Positions 40,881-54,699 of a DNA stretch of 64,000 nucleotides are shown here, piece after piece. Source of the DNA: Spongospora subterranea f. sp. subterranea (Eukaryota); contig JAUGWO010000102.1 of assembly GCA_049724395.1 (NCBI GenBank), forward strand, positions 1-64,000, given 5' to 3'. The notes under the pieces were generated by a model that searched no databases, was not told where the DNA came from, and was given only the letters and a program-made list of their open reading frames with translations. Positions within the stretch are counted from its first letter, which is position 1, and every line of letters starts with the position of its first letter. The position numbers were made by a program, and so were the translations under genes.

Positions 40881-43800
40881 TTAAGAGGAAGTTGTGATGA
40901 CAGGTTCGTCGGGGTCCTTGTCGCTGCGGTCAGTTTCGCTAGAGAGCGCCGTATTGGCTGCGACCGGACTAGAGAGCGACGAACCGGACCTTGAAACCCG
41001 CCTCGACCCGGTCTCTTTGAGCAAAAAATTGATCCATTGATCTGCGAGATTCAATTCCCCCGTCGAATCGTCCTCGGGTTCGTCCTCTTCCATCGAGTAG
41101 GGTCTTGGGATCATGGAGGTGAACGAACCAAGCAGGCTGCGAGGACTTCACAAAACTCAATTATACTATCTATGCGTTAACACGACAGACAACCAACCGT
41201 TGTGACTCAATGACAAGCCGTTTTTGTTCATCAGTGAATCCGAGCATCTTCAGCATCAAATTGAGCACCTCGTTAGAAGCCTTTTTTTCAAGAAACGTAA
41301 CCTGAAAAAAGTATAAGACATTGTCGTAGCGCTGACTTTCCGTACAATAAGTTTATTGACAAGCCGGCGGTCAACCAGGTTCTCATCAGAGGAGAAATTT
41401 TTAATTCGATCCATTGTCTGTTGAATGGCATGTCGAAGAGTGGTATTATCAGTTTCCACTTGATGTGCGTATTTCCGAGTTGAACGTAGCCTTGAAAATG
41501 GTTCAAACGGGATACCACACAGGTACTCACAAGCGAACTGACCGGTCTTCCAGTTGAACAACACTCGCTTCAGATTCTCTCAATGCCTGTGTGATATTAG
41601 TGAGCTCCTCAATGGCGAGCCGTCCGACTTCAACGGCTTCCCGACTGTCATTCAACTGCTGACGCGATTCCTCCTTCTAAACAAAATATGGATATAGATT
41701 CAGAATAAAGAATTTTAAAAACCTTCTCCTGCATTTCACTCCTATACTGATCCAGGACGATCTGGAGATTATCTAGCGCCTCCGATAGATTGTTGCATTC
41801 CTCAGTTTTCGCAGTCAATTGTGACTGCAAACTGGCATAATCCGAAGCCAAATTCTTCGTCAATATATCAGAAATTGTAATGTACGTTACCAGACGATGA
41901 TACCCTGGCAGCCTGCAAATCTAGTTGAGACTGACGAATTGCTTCTTTCTCCTTGCGCATCTGCTCATGCATATTTGACAGGCGCTGGTCCCTGTCCGCC
42001 TCAACTGAGGCAATACGCTCAGAAAATTTGGAGCGCTCCAACTCCATGTCGCTTAAATCGCTAGCACAACCCTGTTAGTCATTCTGCCATCAAAAGACCA
42101 CCAAGAGCAACCGTTGAGCTTCAGAAAGCCACTCCTCTTGGCGCCTTTCCAATTCTAAGATCTTTTTTATATGTTCTGCTATTTGAGATTTTAGCTCTTT
42201 GATCACCACAGCTTTATCATGGTTATCATTTTCTACAAGCTGGACAAGAGTAAATAAATCAAAACAAACACGATCACAAGCCTTTTGACCTGAAGCTCAG
42301 ATTCTAGGGTGCTCAATTTCGACAAAGAAGAAGCACTCCTATCATGCTTTTTTTGCAAATCTACCAGTTTACCCTGAATCAGATTGTCAGAAAAATTCAA
42401 CATTGACTTCAAACCAATATAAACCCATGCATGAAATGCCAGACCTTTAATAACCCATTTTCGGTTCGTAGTGAAGCTACCTCATCAGACGCTCTTTGCT
42501 CATTAGCATGCGCAGTGTGATACTGGTCAACCACCGTAGAATACAGTGATTTCGCCTGCATCCATATGAGTGAATATATGATGAAAGTTATGGCCTAACG
42601 CGTACTGTTGTCAATTTCTGACTCAAATCCTTGCAGAAATCCTGGCTCTCTTTGCATTCTGCCTCAAGTGCTTTGGCCTCGGAAGTGGCAATATCTGCCT
42701 TCTCAATACGATCAGAAACAGCTCTCACCACATACTCAGCTGCTAATGGCAAATTATCGGCATCTTCTATCTCGATTGTTAGAAGCTCGACAAGTTGCGC
42801 TAGAACCCGTTGTAGCAATGAGTCGGTCTGTTAACTGCAATTAGATAATCTGACTTATAAGGTAACAAGGCACTAACTAAATTGGGGTTAGGTGCAGCAC
42901 TGGCAGACTGAAGCGCTTGAATAATTAAGACAGCAACATGATCTAAAGGCTTATCAAGGATTGGCTCCTCGACCTTCAACTCCGCTTCGATCGCTTCGAG
43001 CAGAGATCTAACTGAGTCAGTGAAATCAGCATGAGAAGACGTCGACGCTCTCAGCTCCTAGGGGTGCAAAAAATCAAAAGGGGAACCCATCAGTAACATC
43101 CGGACGCACAACGTACGTCAGAGAGTTTGTTAATCTGAGACTGAGTTTCTGCACTCAGCCTATCGTATTTGGTTTTGAACCCATTAATTTGGTCTTGAAG
43201 ATGTGCCACTCGTTGCTTTGCCTGATCGCGGAGCTGATCCATTTTCGCACGAGGAACCATGTCCCCACCAGATGCATCATCGCTGGGAGATCGATCCAAC
43301 TGGATACTCATAAGCATAAAATTAGACAATGAACAGTGTGCGATTGAAGAAAGAACCTCTTCATTCAACTTGGCAATTTCGTCTTGTAACTCCACAACGG
43401 TCGCGTTTGCTTTAGTTAATTCCTCACTCAACTCATTGGTTCTTTCGATTAGTTCAACAGCGTCAGATTCGGACGCTTTGAGTTTGTCCGTACACGTATT
43501 CAGTTGAGATTCTAGCTCTATGCGAGCTTTTTTTTCATCCTCTGGACAGGATATTAATAAAAGAAGGTAAACGAAGAGAGCAGCTGACCAAACGCTGCAA
43601 GAATATGATCGCGATCCATCCTATTTGAGGATAATTCTTGAACCAAGCCACGTTCGCGATCTACTTCGCCTTGTAAAGTATTCGACTTTGCATTCATTGA
43701 CTCTAGTTGACCCCGAAGCTCTTGTATTAATTGTGCTTGCTCATTGCTCTTGTTCCTCAGAGCAGTAAGTTCCGAAGGAGACTCCTACGGAGAAATGAGG

Positions 43801-44755
43801 AGTATAATTGCAACAAAGTTTTGTCGTACGTTTTGTTGTTGCTTGCATCGAAGCCTTTCCATTGCCATTTTCAACGCAGCAGCGTCCTGGGTTTTTACTT
43901 CAACCTCTGACCTCAATGTCCCAATGGTATGTTCCTTTTCATCAAGACGGCGTTGCATCTTGCATAAATCGCCCTTCAGCTGAGCGGTTTCCTCCTAAAT
44001 CAGAGTATTTTCAGCAAATTATCTCGGTGGCCAATTTACCATGCCTGAAGCGACGATAATGAAGCCATGTGGTTTCGTTTTTCGGCATGCATTTTTCTTG
44101 TCAGCGCATCAACACGCTCAGAAGACCTGATCTTGTGTTGAATGATTGGACCTGTGGCAGTATCCATATCGTCCGTGGGACGAGGTTGTGACGACGGCGA
44201 TAATGATGGTGATCTCGCAGCAGACTCAACAGCAAGCAGACGAGCCTCTTCCAGTAAGGATTGCAACTCGGAAATTTCTTCCTGGTCAAGCACAACTAAA
44301 TAAAAACATTTTAAGCTGAAAACAAGTCTACATCTTTGTCAGCCATTGATTTAGCCATTGATTCTTGAGCTCTAGTTCGAAAGTCATTGATACGATCAAT
44401 TTCGTCCCGGGCTCTGGACAACTAGTCGAAAAGCGTATCAAGACATGTGGTAATAACTCAAGCAAAAACCAGCAAGCAGGCCTCGGACACCATCCACAAC
44501 ATAATCACAACACTAATGTACCTTATCCTGAAGACGGCTGATTTTGGTGGACATTTCGACTGGTGATTCATTTGGGCTGCATTCAGTAGTGTCACCGTCG
44601 CTAAAATCGTCGGCATCAATGCGTTCCTCGACACCTAATAAAAACTGAGTACTAGATGAAAAATAGCGGTGAACTAAACTGTCTAAAAGCTGGGCGCCCA
44701 CGACTTTAGTGATCTGGCTCACGCTTTGGCTGATCGTACTGAGATGATTCCACAT
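40881..44755 (-). CDS. Golgin with C-terminal GRAB and GA1 motifs (GMAP-210/Rud3/plant GC3-4-like)
   Basis: Many coiled-coil exons; ALDNLQIVLDQY; DENLVDRRLVNKLIV; EVLNLMLKMLGFTDEQK; LADQWINFLLKE. Confidence 0.8.
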
Positions 44756-45662
44756 CGCAAAGCGAAACCGTCGCGCAGGCGGGCCGATCTGGGCTGAACG
44801 GTCCGATCAAAGCCCTAATCCTATAAGATCGACTAATCTCCTCCGTGATTCTCTATATTCTATATGATCATGTAATAGGGCAGAAGAAACCCCAGAACAA
44901 AGATGGTAACGTCGATCAGCAAGTGCAGTCGCGACTGTTGACTCTGTAATGGGAGGTTGCGCTAACTGAGCCACATTATTTACTTTGAGTTTTCTCCAAA
45001 AGAGAACCTCAGATTCCATGAATCGACAAAAAGCGAAGCATTTTTATACAAGTTGATTTTCATTACCTGAATTGACTCCCGGTTTCAACAGCAGATGTTT
45101 GAGCTTTTTGGTGAGCCATCTGTGAACGTCGTGTTCGTCTGAAGATCATTTTTCCAATGGACTTGATGAGTTCACCAATCAACCACTAGTCTTTGTACTG
45201 TTGATTGCACGGCAATAGCTCGCTTTACTGGCGCTTTTGGGCAAATATTAATGGGCATCTATTCGATGTTATCGGCAAGATCATGTCACAGAACCGACGA
45301 ACGTCGCAGATCAAAGTTTGACAACTCTGTTTACAACTCGGAATAAAGAAAGCCATACAGGAGAATTACAAAGTGCAATAGAATGGTCGTTGTTTACGCT
45401 GACAACCTTTTTTGAAAATGAATGCGGGCTCGCTTATATTGGGAGGCTAGTTCAATTTCAATGCAATCTAGAAATCACGCGACGACGAGCAATCGGCAAT
45501 TTGTATGAACGAAATAAAATTTTGGTGGGTACAGATGAAAGCATGTATGGCTGTATAATTCAGCTGAAACAAACACCAGATTTTGTTTGCCAAAACGGAA
45601 AACACATGCCACAATTGAAACCAACTAGGAAAATTGTTCTATTTATCGATAAAGTGAAATGT

Positions 45663-46150
45663 TTAGGCTCGCTGGGCTCCGTTTCGGGCAGCACGTCCCA
45701 CTGGGCTGCTGTAGGGAGCGACGCTTTCCAATTTGACGTTGGGCATTGTCTTCAAATCGACCTTCATGGCTTCCAACATTTCCTTGGTCTCGTCTCCGAT
45801 CATGATCATCGACGTATTAATGGCGGAATTCTCAGGCACGTAGTCCAATCGACGTTCGCGCTCTTCTTCCTGAAGCTTCAGGGAGATACCGCGGACGGGT
45901 CCACGCTGGATCCGTTTCATCAAGTGCGTCGTATAACCGGCGATCTTGTTGCGGACGCGCTTAGATGGTACAATCGCTACCTCTTCGACGATTTTCTTGT
46001 TAACGTCAAAATCCATCGTCAATTTCGAGTAATATTTCTCGATAATCTGGCGCGATGCGCGTTTCACGAGTTTAGTGCGGACGCGACCCTACATCATGAC
46101 GTGCAATCAGTTATAACAGATGATGAACGGGCGATGGAGCCGCTTACCAT
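45663..46150 (-). CDS. RPS17: 40S ribosomal protein S17 (eS17)
   Basis: ATG-only first exon, intron 46147-46089, then [20 protein letters not shown]...[35 protein letters not shown]. Confidence 0.98.
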
Positions 46151-46882
46151 GGCGGAACGATTCGATCAACGAAGAAAACGCGACGACGATATGGTGATAA
46201 ACTGCGTCCACGGACTCCGTGCACCTGGATTTACTATGATAGTGCCGCTATTATGGTGACCGTTCCAGGAAATTATTGGGCGTGGTGCAATCAATGTCTG
46301 TGATGGCGAAATTGGATCGCGATGAACCCTGACGATGGCGTGTTGAACCCTGAATTGCGAGCCGATGACAGGGTACATGTCATATGCAATATTTAAATAG
46401 TCAGATTTGTTGAACAGGTTTAATCTCATATATATGAGTGTCGCAACAATATGTTGCGATGGATCCCAGCAAACCTTTTCAACAAAATTCAAGATTTGTC
46501 AGAACAAAAAAGTCGACGAAAGCCTGTTCTCGGCAAGTTCTCTCTGAGCAACGGCTTTCAATCTGAAAACCGTGAACGAGCCCGATATTACTATGAGTGT
46601 ATGCAGAGCCGCAATCCAACCGAAACCGACTGTGTAACAATGAGAAAGTCTTCATATAACCGCTTGTAAAGCCCCTGTACATTATGTTGCATCATTGACA
46701 GCCAATAACAAGCTGTGCAACTGAAAGGGGGCGCCCCCTCACTCTCTATATATAGGGTCAGCAGTCAGCACTGCAGTCAACTACGTTTCCTGAGTTGTCA
46801 CTGGAAGTGGCTGCACTTCATATATAGCGGATTGCATTCCCGCCCATTCAACCTACACCATTATTGAAGGGTTGCCATAGAT

Positions 46883-49800
46883 ATGGCGCCTCCGATTAAG
46901 GCTGAGTTAATTATACGCGGCATGTACTGTGAAAACTGTGCATTTCGAGTTCATCAGGCGCTTTCCGAAGTCACTGGGGTTGAATGCGCAGAAGTCAGTC
47001 TTGAGTCAGCAAAAGCCATCGTGACGTTGCACAATCATCCATTGACAGAGCATGTTGAGTCACTGATAACTGCAGTTATTCATGCAGGATTCCATTGTGG
47101 CCGTCAAGGGGATGCCCTACATACACGCTTGCCACTTCCAGGAGCCACTTATACCATGGCACTTCAGGATTTTCCTGCTGATCCTGAAGAGCAATCGGCA
47201 ATTGAAGCTGCGCTATCTAATGTTGAGGGCGTCTTCTCTGCCAGTGCGTCAATTGTCTCCAGAAACGCGATCGTTCGCTTTGATCCCGCACTGGTAGAAC
47301 CAACAAAATTCCATCAGGCAGTCGCCAAGTGTGGTTTCAATTATACAGCGCAAGGAAATATGATTCTTGGACCATCTCAGAACATGGCTAATTTGCGAAT
47401 TGGTGGAATGACGTGTGCAACCTGTTCAGGTTAGTCGGATACTCCCATTGGAGTCGTTTTTATGCAGATTGATACAGGAACTATTGAACGAGCGTTGATG
47501 GCTCTTCCATATGTGGTTTTTGTTTCAGTCAATCTCGCCACCGAATCGGCAATAGTGGTTTATGATGAACGAATTGGACGTGGATCCGATGATTTGATTC
47601 AGACTATAGAGGATGTTGGATTCGAGGCATCAGTGATTCCTGAGCCAGCCGACCGAGTGGAGGCTCTGAGAAATCATCACTCCAATCGTATCAAATTATG
47701 GAAGAGGCGGTTAGCATTTGGTGTAGCACTTACAGTTCCAGTTTTTCTGCTGGGAATGGTGCTGCCCATGATTCATGGTTGTTTCAAGCTGAAATTGCAT
47801 TTTTACACAACTAATGTCCAGTTCAGGAGCATTAGGTGCGATCGGGCTATCTAACAATATGGCAAAATATATTGTTTGGGCAATTGCTACCCCTGTCCAA
47901 TTCGGAGTTGGAGCCACATTTTACCGCAGTGCATATCATGCCTTACGAAATCGGTAAATGAGATTAACGACGGCGGATATATAAGTTGAAAATCCTTCTA
48001 GTTCGCCTGATATGAGCGTTCTCGTTGTTGTCGGCACAACAGCTGCATATATGTCAAGCGTTGTCGCTGTTCTGTTAGGTCTGAATGAGCAATACTTCGA
48101 TACGTCTGCAGTTTTAGTAACGTTCGTTGTTCTTGGCAAGTTCTTGGAAACTAGAGCGAAGGTATTCAGTTATCAGCGTCAGCTTTGCTCTTGACGGTTT
48201 CAACGATTTAATTTCATAGGGCAAAACAAATGAATCATTGTTGCAGTTACAAGATTTGCAACCTCAGACGGCGTCTATTGTTCAGTTTTCTGAGGACGGT
48301 AGTGAATTGTCTGCGATTGTTGTACAGTCGGTTGCTCTATTACCAGGCCAAATCGTCAAGGTAAACGGTTGATTTCAAGTCAAATCATTCTGACCGCTCG
48401 CTAGGTTGCCCCAGGAGCAAGCATCCCCTGTGACGGCGTAATTCTATCTGGAACGACCATGGTCGACGAATCGATGTTGACTGGAGAATCCGTTCCTGTT
48501 TTGAAAGAAGCGGGTGCAAAGGTGTTGGACCATCATGTTCTAATTATCAATTTCTCCGAGAATGATATTTTTTCAACAAAAGGTTTTCGGAGCGACAATC
48601 AACATGTCAGGAGTGGTTTATGTCACAGTTTTGGTGGCCTCCAAAGACTCAATGTTGTCCAAAATCATCCATCTAGTGGAGCATGCTCAAACAACAGTAT
48701 GATGTTCCCTTCTCTTTTTTGTTTCAGCTTGAACAAGCATATGTAGAAACCCAGCATCCAAAAACTAGTGAACCGCGTTTCGGCTGTTTTCGTACCTGTT
48801 GTTTTGGTCATCTCGCTGATTACGTTCCTCCTTTGGTTATCCATCGTCTATTTCACTACATCAGGTGTGTTAGTTGAATTGTTTCTTGATTATATCAACA
48901 TTAACTCTTTGCAGTGCCCAAGGAATGGCTGGAATCTGGCTCTAGACCGTTGTTTTCCCTACTCTTTGCTATTGCGGTTCTGGTAATTTCTTGCCCTTGC
49001 GCATTGGGATTAGCCACTCCAACAGCCATCATGGTTGCGACAGGGGTATATTTCAGGCCGTAAGAGTCAAACTTTCAGTTATTTAGCGAATCTTAGGTTG
49101 GAGCGAAAATTGGTATTTTGTTCAAAGGCGGTCATATCTTTGAAAGGGCCTCTGTAATAGATACCGTTATATTTGACAAAACGGGTCAGCTCAAATGTTT
49201 TCAATTTGTATTGCTTTATTGAAACCTTGGTAGGCACACTAACTGTAGGGAACCCATCTGTCATTGGTATGGCAATAACCGCACCAACAACCTATCCAGT
49301 TGGCGAAATACTTTGGTATGCTGCTTCAGCAGGTAACTTCTTTACACGGTTCCACAATGGGGGCTGAAATGGCACGATTAGAAAAGGCGTCCGAGCATGT
49401 GCTAGGGAAAGCTATTGTGCGTTATGCAGAAGATCATGGTGTGGAGTTTGATGGATGGCGAAATTCATTATCTCCTGGGAGTCCTGACAGTTTCCTTTAC
49501 GTTCCCGGGAAGGGGATAAAATGCAGCATTGACGGCAAGACGATCCTAGTCGGCAACCAAACGTGGCTTAGACAGTATTCGATCACTGCCTCAGATCATT
49601 CGGAATTCCCGCTTTCCGCCACCATCGTCTACGTTGCGATTAACTCAATATGCGTTGGCGCAATCGCGTTATCGGATCAGCCGCGACCAGAAGCCACTGC
49701 CGCCGTTGCAGCTCTCAAAGCGTCAGGCATATCGGTTTGGATGGTGACAGGCGATTCGGAGAAGGTAGCCGTGGATATAGCTCAAGAAGTTGGAGTAACA

Positions 49801-50541
49801 AACGTTTTGGCATCAGCCTTGCCCGCGGCTAAACACGCTAAAGTGGTCGAACTACAAAACCAGGGTAAAAAGGTAAAGATTTGATCAACTAACCTCATTT
49901 TCACTGTGAATGAACTTGAAAAATGTTCTGGTATCTCAGGTGTGTGTTGTTGGAGATGGTATCAACGACTCGCCTGCTCTTGCTCAGGCCGATTGTGGTA
50001 TCGCCATAGGTTCCGGGACAGGTAAGGACCAGGACCGTGACATCAGGGGATAATCCTTATTGAATGTTTAGATATTGCTATTGACGCCGCTGATATCGTC
50101 CTTATGACCTGTGATATCACAGGTGTGATCACTGCCTTGGAACTAGCTCGTGTCACTTTACGACGTATCAAAGTAAATCTAATGTACGGCTCCAGTTAAA
50201 CCTTTGAATTCTTTCACTATTACAATATTCTTAGGTGGGCGTTTCTGTACAATATTCTTGGAATTCCAATTGCAGCAGGCCTGCTGTTTCCATTTTTCCA
50301 CATTCGCTTACCTCCGGAAGTGGCAGGGATGGCCATGGCACTATCATCTGTTTGTGTGGTGTCGTCATCGCTGCTTCTGAATAATTATCGACCCTCCGTG
50401 CACTCCGAATCAAGGCAACAGAAACGACTGGATAATGTTGTCGTCCATTCAACGAGTTCTGAAAGATGTTGTGCGTGTCCATCATGCCAATGTGGTGTGA
50501 ACTGTCAGTGCACAGTTGATCATTGCAACTGTGAAGCATAA
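46883..50541 (+). CDS. P1B-type copper-transporting ATPase (ATP7/HMA5-like)
   Basis: HMA GMYCENC and [50 protein letters not shown] and MALSS motifs. Confidence 0.96.
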
Positions 50542-50849
50542 GTGTAAATCCTGGTCATTCAATTTTGTCATTATTAAACAAGCCATCTCGTTCGAACTAA
50601 CAAACTACATACAATACGGCCCATCCCCAATTCATCCTGTGGGTCTTTGTTATATCAATGTATCAAGGTCGGTATATTTCAAGCGATGAAAACCCTACCG
50701 ACTACAGTACAATAATCTGTCCACATCTGACGGACAGCTATCCGGATTGACCATTTCACCGAACACTCTTTGGTGTTGGTCAGATTACAGGTCGTCTCTT
50801 TGGTCCAGCGATTATCATCCCCCAGAATATAGCGGTCGTCCGCTTGTTC

Positions 50850-51564
50850 ATGGCGCTACCGTGTCTTAGAACCTCACGTAAAATGATATCCTTTCTCCCC
50901 CGATTGCGGCTACTTCACAATGCAGTGCATGGGGTTAATGCTCCAAGGAAATCTGTGAACAATAAAGGCCAAGAAGATATGAGCTATCCTGAGCCGAGCA
51001 TAGCCGACTTTGATGTCAATGACGATGGTCGTCGTCTGAGAGAGGTTGGGCTGAAATCGCTTTTAGCCAGCGGTATTCAGAACTGGACTGATTTAATGGT
51101 AAATGGACGGGCGATAATCTGCAAGGAAATACACCCACAATGGAAGGCGCTTGTCACTACTAGGTATTGCTATTCATATCCATTATCGAATAACCTCATA
51201 TCATTGGACTAGGTTTAACAAGCTGGTTATGGATAAGCAATGGCTGGCCAAAACTAGCAATACGTTATTATGCTCAGAGCTGGATAAGATCATGCTGTCA
51301 TCGGCCCTAGAAATAGCTGTTGATGATGACCATCGTATTGGCATGTTGTGCCCAACCGCTCCTGAAATTGGTTTCACACATTGGGATAATGGTCGTCTCT
51401 TTACCCTCAAACAAAGGCTTATAGTCGAAGATGATGAACAGAAGACATGTTTAAAACTGGTGTGGGAAGCTAATGGTCACGATTTACACTCACAATCTGT
51501 TGTCAGATTAGACAGCAAGAATTGTCTGTGGACGGGACCTGTCGAACAGCTTTTTCAGAAATAA
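50850..51564 (+). CDS. Hypothetical protein with mitochondrial-presequence-like N-terminus (paralog of 57673-58425)
   Basis: Arg/Leu/Ser-rich acid-free N-terminus; two exons (intron ~51163-51212); colinear similarity with the paralog. Confidence 0.7.
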
Positions 51565-51800
51565 ACTCTCTTCAAACAATATACCTGGCTTTAGAACTCT
51601 AATATTCGCACATCAAGAGTGAGTATATATAGAGATATCAATCAGACGTCGCCACCAGACTCAGATCAGCAACCTTGAATAAATTGGGCAAATGACAGGT
51701 GCACTGGTGCGCCATGGCCCATGGGCCACAGTAGTTACTTACCTAGGCCGTCAAGCGGTCAACATGCCATCTGTTTAATAATCAGGAGGTGCTGGTGGCC

Positions 51801-52984
51801 ATGTGCGATGAGGCGAGAACAGCTGAAGAGCTTTTGTTCAAGGCAAAACTGGCTGAGCAGACAGAGCGGTTGATTATTCAGGAGTGAATGCCATGCTCTA
51901 TTCAACTCAATACTTTTTATTGATTTAGATATGAAGAAATGGCCGAGTTTATGCAGTCATTTGTCTCTCTTAAGACTGAACCGTTATCGGATGAGGAGAG
52001 ATCGCTATTTGCAGTGGCGTTTAAGAACGTGAGCGGGGAGAGGCGCGCTGCTTGGAGAAAATTATGCTCGATTGAGCGACAAGAGATACGTTTGGACGAG
52101 TCAATATCAGGAGATAATAGGAATAGAAATGAGACAGATAACCATGGGCAACGGGTGTTAACGGTGAAAGAATATAAGAGACACGTTGAGGCTGAGTTGA
52201 CAATGATTTGCAATGAGGTATTTAATACCCAATATCATATTCATCATGGCTTGTTCCATATTCAGTATAGGTCATATCAATTGTTCAAGATCGTTTAATA
52301 CCCAATACCGATCCCGTCCTGTCATCCCAATTATATTCACTATTACAATCGCCAGAGATACGGGACGATCCTCTACGATCATTAGAGAGCTCAGGTGCTG
52401 CTTTTCAGACCGCCGTCATTCAGGTCGATATTGCCGATCATTCCAATCCCTAAGTGCTTATGGTATTCCATCTATAACAGCTTTTAGGCTCATCAACTTA
52501 TGAACAATCTACACCATCGAGCAAAGAATCCCTCGTATTTTGGTATAAGATGATCGGAGATTATCAGAGATTCCTAGCCGAGTTTTTGATGGACGGTTCC
52601 GAGAATCGTGAATTACAATCCCGTAAGGGGTTAGAAGCCTATATAATCGCGTCTTGCATAGCAAGAGTATATCTAGAACCCAGTCACCCTATTCGCCTGG
52701 GATTAGCCCTGAACTTCTCCGTTTTTTACTTTGAGATCTTGCAAATGCGAACATTAGCATGCCGCCTTGCTGAAACATCTTTCAATGAGGTTCTCTTTAT
52801 CCAGAAATGCTTATCCCAGCTAGATTAATCATTGCCCTTGAAATAGGCTGTTGCTGAGCTTGATCATGCTGATGAAGGTTCATATCAAGATTCAGTGTTG
52901 GTCATGCAGCTTCTGAAGGATAATTTACGGAGCTGGACAGCTGAAGACCAAGATCATTCAGATGAAACTCGACAAAATCCATAG
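51801..52984 (+). CDS. Divergent 14-3-3 protein
   Basis: [86 protein letters not shown]. Confidence 0.93.
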
Positions 52985-53274
52985 AACAAAACACATTCAT
53001 TTTGATAAGTTGCCATAAAATTAACGGCTCTTTATCTAATGACTTGACAATCGGTGAATTCAACAAACGAGGTAACACAGGGTTGTGTCTGGCCAAATGA
53101 CCAAAGGACAAGGCCGGCGACCGCAGCATTTACAGTACACAACTTGGCACAACGTTGTTTATGATACACGGCAATCTATAATGCCGTACGGGGACCTATA
53201 TTGGAGTATTCATCACTGCTTATCGCCAACAAACCGCCAAGGCGAGTAAACCGTACTTAGCAAACTATATATCC

Positions 53275-54578
53275 ATGGCTATGGCTAGCCAAGATCAAGG
53301 CGCTATATCTGATCTGCAACGGCTGTTAACAGAGGCGACCTTTGATTCAAATGAGAAGGATATCATGACTGTTTTAACGAGTCTTTCAAAACAAAAGATT
53401 GACTTGGATATTCTCAAAGTTCGTAATTAAATGTCCCTTCTTCATAATAGTGTTAGATAAGCCCAATACTGATTTTTCTTGGGATCCATCTGTAATGCTA
53501 TCGCCATGATTCCTTGGGTTTATCCTTGTGTCAATAGCCTAATTCGACGTTGTCCTTGTTTTCTTAGCAAACTGGTATCGGAGTGACGGTTGGGAGACTG
53601 AGGAAACATTCCAATATGCAGATTAAAACATTGGCGATGACGTTAGTGAAATCATGGAAAGGGGCTGTCACTCCCAAGCCTCGATCTTCACTATCGACGG
53701 ATTCGATCGGATTGCGTTCCGAGCCTTCAAGCGGGCAACAATCACCGCGAGACCTAACGCCTCCATCCACTCCAGCACCATCATTACATAGTGTGTTTCG
53801 CTCTCTGTCCACCTCATACACCAAACCAATTGATATTGATTCAGATGAGATGATGCGCGATTTCAAGACTGGAGACAGCGTTAGGGACAAAATACGGTCG
53901 TTATTATCTGCCTCATTAACTAATTTATCCGGTTAGATATTGAGCATATGGTTTCCGCCATCAATCATTTCGCTGAAGTGCATTGTTTATAGATGAAAGT
54001 GATAAAATGTTCGTCGCCATCCAGATTGAAGACGGTAATCGTCGTGCTTGCATATTTTGTTCCCAAGTCTCAGTGGGATGGTACAGGATTGTATCGCCAT
54101 TTTGGCGACACTCTCAAAGGGTATAGGAATCAATTTCGTGCGATCGTGTTCAATCTAAAGGATAAGACGAACCCTGAATTTGCATCCGATGTGTGCAAGG
54201 GGAAGATCCACCCTGCTGACCTTGCACAACTAGATTCAAAAGTCGGTCGTATTCGGATTCGATTTATACATCTGAACCCTGATCGTTCAACCTCAGGAAA
54301 TGGCCAGCTCAGAACTCAAGGCCGCCAGGGCAGATCGACATTACGAGTCGAAACAAGAGATGCGCTCAGATCTGGTTAGTTTGGGTCAAAATGAAACTGA
54401 AGCGATGGTCAAACAAATGTGGTGTTAGAATAGGGGAATGGGCGCGACTGACATGTTCAAATGCGGTCGATGTAGGAAATCAGAGACGACTTTCTATCAG
54501 ATGCAGACGCGAAGTGCAGATGAACCTATGACCACCTTCATAACTTGTGTCCATTGCAGCAATCGGTGGAAAATGTGA
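53275..54578 (+). CDS. TCEA: Transcription elongation factor TFIIS
   Basis: [42 protein letters not shown]...[26 protein letters not shown]. Confidence 0.96.
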
Positions 54579-54699
54579 CTCCTGGGATTATCAAATATCA
54601 TATTGCCTCATCGTAATGTACTAGTAAACTATGTTTAACGTCATTTTATACGGAAACGGTCATTGACGATTAGATCAGTGACGACATTCCGTCTTCATT

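Noticed and set aside
45318..46259. 313-aa plus-strand ORF
   Set aside because: Antisense shadow of RPS17.
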